From: a bacterium
GTDB lineage: Bacteria > UBA10199 > 2-02-FULL-44-16 > DYJF01
NCBI GenBank assembly: GCA_041739675.1
Contig: JBGSNL010000041.1
Span: 54-64,053 of the forward strand
DNA: 64,000 nucleotides
Direction: 5' to 3'
The translations under genes and the position numbers were made by a program. This document shows, piece by piece, positions 57,488 to 64,000 of the stretch (position 1 is its first letter; the number at the start of each line of letters is the position of its first letter). Below the pieces are notes generated by a model. The model was not told the DNA's origin. It was given only the letters and a program-made list of their open reading frames with translations, and did not search any database.

Positions 57488-60187
57488 TTAATGCGCTTCG
57501 GCCCAATTTGCGCCGATCCCGACATCGACGATGAGAGGAACATCGAGGGATACAACATTTTCCATCTTTGCTTTGACATATTCTCCAAGTTCTTTCGCCG
57601 CCTTTTCCGGAACTTCAAACAAAAGCTCATCGTGCACCTGCATTATCATCCTTGCATCCGGGAATTTCTTTGGCAGTTCATTATGTATCTCTACCATCGC
57701 CTTCTTTATGATGTCTGCGGCAGTTCCCTGGAATACCGCGTTGAAGGCCATCCGCTCCGTCATCTGCTTTACCATCGCATTCTGGCTCAGGATGTCTGGT
57801 ACATATCGCCGCCTTCCGAAAAGCGTTTCGATGAAACCCTTTTTTCGCGCTTTCTCCAGAATTTGATCGCGATATTTCGCCACCGCCGGATATCGTTCGA
57901 AATAGGAGTCGATATATTTTGCCGCCACCCCGACTTCGATCTTTAGCTGCTTTGAAAGTCCGAATGCGGTCTGCCCGTAGATCGTGGCGAAGTTTACAGT
58001 TTTTCCGACTGCTCGCTGTTCGTCGGTTACGTTTTCAGGTTTTACCCCAAAAATTCCCGCCGCCGTGATCCGGTGAACATCGTCTCCTCGTTTGAAGGCC
58101 TCAAGTAACGCTTCGTCGCGCGACAGGTGGGCCAGAACCCTAAGCTCGATCTGCGAATAATCGCCTGAGATCAGAACATTTCCCTTTTCCGCTATAAAGG
58201 CCTCGCGGATCCTTCCTCCCTCTTTCGAACGGACGGGAATATTTTGCAAATTGGGATCTGAAGACGAGAGCCTGCCGGTGGACGCCACAGCCTGGTTCAA
58301 AGAGGTATGGATCCTTCCTGTTTTTTTGTCCACAATCTCCCTGAGCGCATCGATGAAAGTGGATTTGAGTTTTGACAGCGAACGATACTCAAGGATCAAG
58401 GCAGGCAAGTGATGCTTGAGCGAGAGATCCTCTAAAATCCCCACATCGGTGGAATAGCCGGTCTTCGTGCGTCTGGGAGTTCCGAGCTTCAATTTGTCGA
58501 AGAGAATGACTCCAAGCTGGCGCGGAGAGTTTATATTGAACTCCTCTTTTGCCTCGCTGTGGATCCTTTTTTCAAGCTCGCCCAGTTTTTCCTCATACTC
58601 TCTGGAGAGTAACGCGAGTTTTTTCGTGTCGATTTTCATCCCCGCCTGCTCCATATCGAGAAGGACGACAAGGAGCGGCATCTCAAGATTGAAAAAAAGA
58701 TCGTCCAGTTTTTCTTCTTTGAGTTTCGGGACGAAGATATCGGCGAGCCTCAGCGCTACGTCGGCGTCTTCGCATGAATAATCGCGCGCGACGTCTATCG
58801 CCACCTCCGAAAAATTGAGCTGCTTCTTGCCCTTGCCCACGACTTCTTCGTACCTGATCGTCTTGTGGTCCAGATGCTGCTGCGCCAGCGCGTCCAGGCC
58901 GTGGCTGCCCGACGGGTTCAGAAGATAGGAGGCGATCATTGTGTCGCAGTAGAGGCCCGCCACATCGACGTCGTATCTTTTCAAAACCGCAAGATCGTAT
59001 TTCAGATTCTGCCCGATTTTTTTGATCTTTGGATCCGCAAGGATCGGCTCCAGTTCCTCTATGACCTCTGTGAGCGGCAGCTGGCCCTTGGCTAGTTTCG
59101 TCTGCGTCCCGAAAAGGTCGGGCGCTGCCTGCCCCGTGACGTGGCCCACAGGGATATAGAAGGCGATGCCCGGGGCCGTGGCCACCGAGATTCCCACGAT
59201 TTCGGCTACCATCACGTCTAGGGAGGTCGTTTCAAGATCGAAGGACACTTTTCCCGCGGATCTTATTTCGGCCGTCAGTTTTTTCAGCTCATCAAGGCTC
59301 TGGATGAGAAGATATTTCTCGCGCCCGAGGGTTTCCTTGGGCGATAGCTCGGAGAGGAGCCTGGTGAACTCGAACTCGCGGAAAAGATCGTGGAGTTTTT
59401 TGTCGTTTGGGGCCGTGACCGCAAAATCTTCAAAATTGTATTTGACCGGCACATCCGTCTTGATGGTCGCGAGCTCCCTTGAAAGCCGCGCCTTATCCAC
59501 GTCCTTTTCGATCCTTTCGGCCAACCCCTTTGAGAGCTCTTTTGCGTGTTCGATGACGCCTTCAACGGAGCCGTACTGGGCGATGAGCTTGGAGGCGGTG
59601 ACCATCCCGATGCCGGAAACGCCCGGGATATTGTCCGAGGCATCGCCGGCGAGACCCAGGACATCTATCACCTGCCTTGGTTTCACTCCGAACTGCGCCT
59701 CGACTTCTTTTTCGCCGATGCGGCGGTCCTTCATGGAGTCGAACATCTTCACGGAATCGCCCACGAGCTGCATGAGATCTTTGTCGCCCGAGACGATCAC
59801 AACTTCAAGTTCGTCCGAGGCGAGTTTTTTTGCCAGCGTGCCGATGATGTCGTCGGCCTCGAAGCCCGGCAACTCAAGCACGAAAATGCTCAGCGCTTCG
59901 AGGATCGGTTTGAAATACGGGAACTGCTGGACGAGATCGTCAGGCGGCGCGGTGCGGTTGGCCTTGTAGTCTTCGTACATCTCGTCTCTGAAAGTGGGCT
60001 CCGCGGTGTCGAAGACAACCGCGAGATGGTCCGGCTTTTCGTCGCGCATGAGTTTTAAGATCATCTGCGTGAAGCCGTAGAGCGCGTTTGTGGGAAAGCC
60101 CTTGGAATTGGACAGCGAACGGATCGCGTAATAGGCGCGAAAGACGTAATTGGCCCCGTCGATAAGATAGAGGGTCTTCTTGGCCAT
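57488..60187 (-). CDS. polA: DNA polymerase I
   Basis: 5'-nuclease, 3'-5' exonuclease and polymerase domains. Start at MAKKTLYLIDG. Confidence 0.9.
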   Translation of the reverse strand: MAKKTLYLIDGANYVFRAYYAIRSLSNSKGFPTNALYGFTQMILKLMRDEKPDHLAVVFDTAEPTFRDEMYEDYKANRTAPPDDLVQQFPYFKPILEALSIFVLELPGFEADDIIGTLAKKLASDELEVVIVSGDKDLMQLVGDSVKMFDSMKDRRIGEKEVEAQFGVKPRQVIDVLGLAGDASDNIPGVSGIGMVTASKLIAQYGSVEGVIEHAKELSKGLAERIEKDVDKARLSRELATIKTDVPVKYNFEDFAVTAPNDKKLHDLFREFEFTRLLSELSPKETLGREKYLLIQSLDELKKLTAEIRSAGKVSFDLETTSLDVMVAEIVGISVATAPGIAFYIPVGHVTGQAAPDLFGTQTKLAKGQLPLTEVIEELEPILADPKIKKIGQNLKYDLAVLKRYDVDVAGLYCDTMIASYLLNPSGSHGLDALAQQHLDHKTIRYEEVVGKGKKQLNFSEVAIDVARDYSCEDADVALRLADIFVPKLKEEKLDDLFFNLEMPLLVVLLDMEQAGMKIDTKKLALLSREYEEKLGELEKRIHSEAKEEFNINSPRQLGVILFDKLKLGTPRRTKTGYSTDVGILEDLSLKHHLPALILEYRSLSKLKSTFIDALREIVDKKTGRIHTSLNQAVASTGRLSSSDPNLQNIPVRSKEGGRIREAFIAEKGNVLISGDYSQIELRVLAHLSRDEALLEAFKRGDDVHRITAAGIFGVKPENVTDEQRAVGKTVNFATIYGQTAFGLSKQLKIEVGVAAKYIDSYFERYPAVAKYRDQILEKARKKGFIETLFGRRRYVPDILSQNAMVKQMTERMAFNAVFQGTAADIIKKAMVEIHNELPKKFPDARMIMQVHDELLFEVPEKAAKELGEYVKAKMENVVSLDVPLIVDVGIGANWAEAH

Positions 60188-60189
60188 AG

Positions 60190-61164
60190 TTATTTGAACG
60201 AGCGTGCGAAATCGCGCGCGAAATACGTGAGAATCAAGTCCGCGCCGGCGCGGCGAATGGAGGTGAGCGATTCCACCATCGCGCGCTTCTCGTCTATCCA
60301 TCCCTTCTCTGCGGCCGCCTTGATCATCGAAAATTCACCCGACACCTGATAGGCCGCGATGGGGACGTCGAAGGCGTCCTTCGCCCTTGCGATGACGTCA
60401 AGATATGGAAGCGCCGGCTTCACCATCACCATGTCCGCCCCTTCGTCAATGTCCAGCGCAATTTCTTTCAGCGCCTCGCGGACGTTTGGCGGATCCATCT
60501 GATACGTCTTTCTGTCCCCCGACTGCGGCGCTGAATGGGCGGCGTCGCGGAAGGGGCCGTAGAAACATGAGGCGTACTTTGCCGAATAGGAAAGGATCGC
60601 GGTATCTTCAAAACCTTCCGCGTCAAGCGTTGTGCGGATGGCGGCCACGCGCCCGTCCATCATGTCGGATGGCGCAACAATATCGGCGCCCGCTCTTGCA
60701 TGCGAGAGGGCCATCTTGGAAATAAGTTCGAGCGACGGATCGTTCAATATCCTTCCCTTCGAGTCGATGACACCGCAGTGGCCGTGAGATGTATAGGCGC
60801 AAAGGCAGACGTCGGTGATGATTAAAAGATCCGGGGCGGCGTTTTTTGCCTCTTTGATTGCGCGCTGAACGATGCCGTCGGGATCGTAGGCGGCTGACGC
60901 CTTTTCGTCTTTTTTATCCGGCACTCCGAAGACGAGCATGGCGCCGACCCCTTCATTATATATAGCGCGTGCCTGCTCGGCTAAATTGTCGGCCGAATAG
61001 TGGTAATTTCCCGGCATGGAAGATATCGGCTCCGCCACACCTTTGCCCGGGACGACAAAGGTTGGGAAGATGAGATCGTCGGGTGTCACTTTCGTTTCGG
61101 CGACCATCCGCCTCAAGGTCTGATTGACGCGAAGACGCCTCGGTCTTGTAACTGGAAACGACAT
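60190..61164 (-). CDS. hemB: porphobilinogen synthase
   Basis: 324-aa ALAD fold with active-site lysines. Confidence 0.9.
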   Translation of the reverse strand: MSFPVTRPRRLRVNQTLRRMVAETKVTPDDLIFPTFVVPGKGVAEPISSMPGNYHYSADNLAEQARAIYNEGVGAMLVFGVPDKKDEKASAAYDPDGIVQRAIKEAKNAAPDLLIITDVCLCAYTSHGHCGVIDSKGRILNDPSLELISKMALSHARAGADIVAPSDMMDGRVAAIRTTLDAEGFEDTAILSYSAKYASCFYGPFRDAAHSAPQSGDRKTYQMDPPNVREALKEIALDIDEGADMVMVKPALPYLDVIARAKDAFDVPIAAYQVSGEFSMIKAAAEKGWIDEKRAMVESLTSIRRAGADLILTYFARDFARSFK

Positions 61165-61178
61165 GGTTCACCCCTCCA

Positions 61179-62384
61179 CTATTTCTTTTTTGAAAAATAT
61201 TTTTTAGCGGCGCCCACGGTGACGAGCGAGCCCGAAATGATGAGGGTGTCCTTGGAGCCCAATTTCCCCATCCACTTTGAAATCGCCTCGCCTATATCAC
61301 CTTCCTGATGGACCTCCGCGCCGAACGAGCGCGCGCGGGCCGCGATGTCCTTGGGCGATGCGCCGTGCTCCGAGGGCACGCTGACACAGATCACCTCGCG
61401 AACCTTGGGAACGAGAAAGCGGCAGATGCCACGGATATCCTTGTCGGCCTTGATGCCCAGCATCAAAACCGCGTTGTTGCGTTTGATCTCTTTGCCTATG
61501 AACTGCGCCAGCGCATCGGCGCCGGCGGGGTTGTGCGCACCGTCCAAAATGACGCGCGGAGAATCTTTGACCTTTTCTATCCTGCCGTCCCAGCGCGTGC
61601 CGGCAAGCGCCTTATTTATACCCTCAATTTTGAAATTGGCGTCGGCCAGAAGATGGGCCGCCTCCACTGCGCACGCGGCGTTCTGTTTCTGATGCTCGCC
61701 CATGAGACCCAGCTTTTGCGTGATCTCATCCGGCTGGGCCTCGATCAGAGGAGAGCCCATCTCGTCGCACCATTTTCTGATGACGTCCATCACCTCCGGC
61801 GGCTGGGCCGCGACGACCGTGGGCACTCCGCGTTTTATCACTCCGCATTTTTCAGTCGCTATCTCCGTGAGCGTGCGGCCGAGATGCCTTGTGTGATCGA
61901 GAGAGATTGGGGTGATGACGACCACCTGCGGAACGATGACGTTCGTTGCGTCAAGGCGGCCGCCCATCCCGGTTTCGACTACGGCGAAGTCCACCTTCTG
62001 CTCCTGAAAATAGAGAAAGGCGAGCAAGGTGAGAAATTCAAAATATGTGAGCGCCTTCTCGTCGGGCAGGGAATCTTTTATTCTTGCAGCGTGAAAGGCC
62101 AGCGCATCTTCAGGAATGGGAAGGCGGTCTATCTGTATGCGCTCGCGCACGTTTAAGAGATGCGGCGAAGTGTAGAGGCCCACGCGGTACCCGCTGTGCA
62201 TGAGAATGGATGTGAGAAACGCCGCGGTGGAGCCCTTGCCGTTCGTTCCCGCGATGTGGATGGTGGGGAACGCGAGCTGAGGATTATCGAACATGTTGCA
62301 CGTCTCGCGGATCTGCCCCAGCTCCAGCCGAAAATCGCGCGGGATGAGTGACTCGAGATATTCTACCGTCTGTTCGTAGTCCAT
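61179..62384 (-). CDS. folC: bifunctional folylpolyglutamate synthase / dihydrofolate synthase
   Basis: P-loop AGTNGKGST; Mur-ligase family. Confidence 0.85.
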   Translation of the reverse strand: MDYEQTVEYLESLIPRDFRLELGQIRETCNMFDNPQLAFPTIHIAGTNGKGSTAAFLTSILMHSGYRVGLYTSPHLLNVRERIQIDRLPIPEDALAFHAARIKDSLPDEKALTYFEFLTLLAFLYFQEQKVDFAVVETGMGGRLDATNVIVPQVVVITPISLDHTRHLGRTLTEIATEKCGVIKRGVPTVVAAQPPEVMDVIRKWCDEMGSPLIEAQPDEITQKLGLMGEHQKQNAACAVEAAHLLADANFKIEGINKALAGTRWDGRIEKVKDSPRVILDGAHNPAGADALAQFIGKEIKRNNAVLMLGIKADKDIRGICRFLVPKVREVICVSVPSEHGASPKDIAARARSFGAEVHQEGDIGEAISKWMGKLGSKDTLIISGSLVTVGAAKKYFSKKK

Positions 62385-62388
62385 AGTT

Positions 62389-63651
62389 TTATATGATCTT
62401 CAGCACCAGGGCCGTCACGTCGTCGTGCGGCACTTTGGGCTCCACGAAAGACGCGGTCGCGTCGACTATCGCGTCCACAATTTCGCGCGGCCCCTTTTCG
62501 ACCGACGACTTCAGGACTTCGTAGAGCCTCTGCTTGCCGAATCTCTCCCCCTTCGTGTTGACCGCTTCAGTAACGCCGTCCGTGTACAAGACGACAACGT
62601 CTCCCTTGGCAACGACGACCTGCTTGTCGTGATAGATGCTCATCGGCTCGATCCCCAAAAGAGGATCGGAGGTGATGAGCTCTTCAAATTGTTTTGTCGC
62701 CTTGCGCCAGACGATCGGCGGCGGATGGCCCGCGTTGGTGAACTGTATGAGCTGGCGCGATTTGACATATTTGACGAACGCCATCGAGATGAACTGCTCC
62801 GCCTGAAAGAGATCTTCGTAGAGGATCTGGTTCAAACGCTGGACCAAAATTGACGGCGTGTATTCCGCGTCCATCTGGGATTTCATCGCCGAACGGAACG
62901 CCGCCATGATGAGCGCCGCGCCGATTGAGTGGCCGGACACGTCCGCGACCACGAACGACGGGCGCTTCGTGCGCGATAAGAAAAAATCGTAGTAGTCGCC
63001 GCCGACGCGTTCCGCGGTTATCACGCGGCCCGCCGCCTCGACGCCGTCCATCCGCGGCGGCTCAACCGGCAAGAGCCGGTACTGGATCTGCCGCGCGATC
63101 TCTAACTGCTGACGCAACTGCTCGGACCTTGCAACCTCGGCGGAAAGCTGGAGCATGCGAAGATAAGAGGCGACCTGATTCGACAAAGTCGTTAGAAGTT
63201 TCAGATCGTGGTCGGTGAACGGTGTTCCGTCCGCGCGGTCGGTGACGTTGATGACGCCGATGGATTCTTTGCCGACCTTCATTGGAAAACAGGTGACGGG
63301 CGCCGACATGAGAGATGCGGTCTTGTAACGGTCCGATCCCGAGCCAAGGCCCGCCACTTTGATATCTTCGACGAGCAAAGGTTCATTGCTGCGAAAAACT
63401 TTTCCGCTGATGCCTTCGCCAACGCGCACAACCGCCTGACTCTGGATCTTGGGGTCCAGCCCGCGCGCTGCGGCGATCCTTAAACCCTCTATCGCGGGGT
63501 CGTAGATCATGATCGACGCCTTCTCCACTCCGAAGAGTTCCACGACCTTATCAAGAATCAGGTCATAGACCTCGGAGAGTTCTCTTGCCTGCGCGATGGC
63601 GTCGCTCAAGGAGTGGACCGCCTCGATTGCTTTCCTGTCAGCCTGACTCAT
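62389..63651 (-). CDS. GAF-domain PP2C-type (SpoIIE/RsbU-like) serine phosphatase
   Basis: N-terminal GAF, then a PPM domain (..GGDYYDF.., ..YTDGVTEA..). Confidence 0.8.
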   Translation of the reverse strand: MSQADRKAIEAVHSLSDAIAQARELSEVYDLILDKVVELFGVEKASIMIYDPAIEGLRIAAARGLDPKIQSQAVVRVGEGISGKVFRSNEPLLVEDIKVAGLGSGSDRYKTASLMSAPVTCFPMKVGKESIGVINVTDRADGTPFTDHDLKLLTTLSNQVASYLRMLQLSAEVARSEQLRQQLEIARQIQYRLLPVEPPRMDGVEAAGRVITAERVGGDYYDFFLSRTKRPSFVVADVSGHSIGAALIMAAFRSAMKSQMDAEYTPSILVQRLNQILYEDLFQAEQFISMAFVKYVKSRQLIQFTNAGHPPPIVWRKATKQFEELITSDPLLGIEPMSIYHDKQVVVAKGDVVVLYTDGVTEAVNTKGERFGKQRLYEVLKSSVEKGPREIVDAIVDATASFVEPKVPHDDVTALVLKII

Positions 63652-63656
63652 AAATT

Positions 63657-64000
63657 TTAGACGTTCAATGTGAGGACGAGTTCGTGGCCCTCGGGTGTCT
63701 GCCTGCTCTCCACGCTGTCCATCAGGCGGTCCATCATATAAAGCCCCCTCCCTTTCGTTGCAACAAGTTTGGGCGCGTGGATGGCCGGGTGATCCAGCCC
63801 CGGACCGCGGTCTCCGACAGTCATCACGATATGGCCCTTTTCGGCTTTGATAGCCACGTCTACGGGCATGTTCGCGCGCTGACGGTGTGCATGGAAGATT
63901 GCATTATCGACGGCTTCGATCAAGGCCAAAGTGCAGGCCCTGAGGGCCCTTTTCGGAAGGTGGCGCCTGCCCGCAACCTTAAATATGGCGGCCACAAGCT
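63657..64000 (-). CDS. RsbW-like anti-sigma factor / serine kinase (HATPase), 5' end beyond window
   Basis: ..EAVDNAIFHA.. N-box and DRGPGL G1-box. The ORF runs off the window end. Confidence 0.65.
   Translation of the reverse strand, partial: LVAAIFKVAGRRHLPKRALRACTLALIEAVDNAIFHAHRQRANMPVDVAIKAEKGHIVMTVGDRGPGLDHPAIHAPKLVATKGRGLYMMDRLMDSVESRQTPEGHELVLTLNV

Overview
High-GC bacterial chromosomal segment of about 64 kb, with gene content and codon style resembling a deltaproteobacterium-like or candidate-phylum organism. The backbone is housekeeping and densely packed with short overlaps.

Backbone genes:
- A PD-(D/E)XK/Cas4-like nuclease C-terminus truncated at the window start, then glnE, dksA, a DUF721 gene and tsaC.
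- Purine biosynthesis at three loci: purE-purD, purH, and purF-purL-purQ-purS-purB.
- A minus-strand run alr-mlaE-mlaF-MCE(mlaD-like)-purH.
- cstA, then a TPP-riboswitch-controlled thiS-thiG-thiH-thiC operon, a PlsC-family acyltransferase, pgi and an SDR epimerase.
- hemD-hemC-PNP-deoC, a monofunctional catalase, polA-hemB-folC, and a GAF-PP2C phosphatase next to an RsbW-like kinase at the window end.

The main accessory patches are visibly lower in GC:
- 17.5-22.2 kb: a 1303-aa protein with an N-terminal LOG/SLOG-like Rossmann domain, modular coiled-coil repeats, a 98-bp near-identical internal DNA duplication and a Gly-rich hydrophobic C-terminus, followed by two tiny coiled-coil ORFs. This is my best candidate for an undescribed conflict or signalling system.
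- 50.5-51.7 kb: a single polypeptide fusing a winged HTH, a GHKL-type ATPase and a STAS-like domain, preceded by five iterated GTTGTAAT boxes.
- 53.3-57.5 kb, immediately 3' of polA: genes for a four-helix-bundle protein, an ORF6N/KilA-N-like protein, an orphan membrane protein, a DJ-1/PfpI protein and a truncated REP-associated tyrosine transposase. Each gene is followed by a long imperfect palindromic repeat, either a CGATTA/TAATCG-rich satellite or a REP-like unit. Together these resemble an integron-like cassette array without canonical attC cores. A roughly 80-100 bp palindromic repeat family also brackets catalase and the DJ-1 gene.

Other notable items are a hairpin/TIR repeat family (a 29-bp perfect inverted repeat at 4.1 kb and a related 221-bp TIR element at 40.05 kb), a 221-bp nested inverted-repeat element that could be a structured RNA at 4.28-4.50 kb, a 1149-aa secreted Cys-rich repeat protein (CxxDDDCDG...DEG modules) converging on a secreted protein with three carboxypeptidase-regulatory-like domains, and three low-GC secreted Cys-containing proteins at 40.3-42.9 kb.

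No rRNA or tRNA genes and no CRISPR array were recognised.
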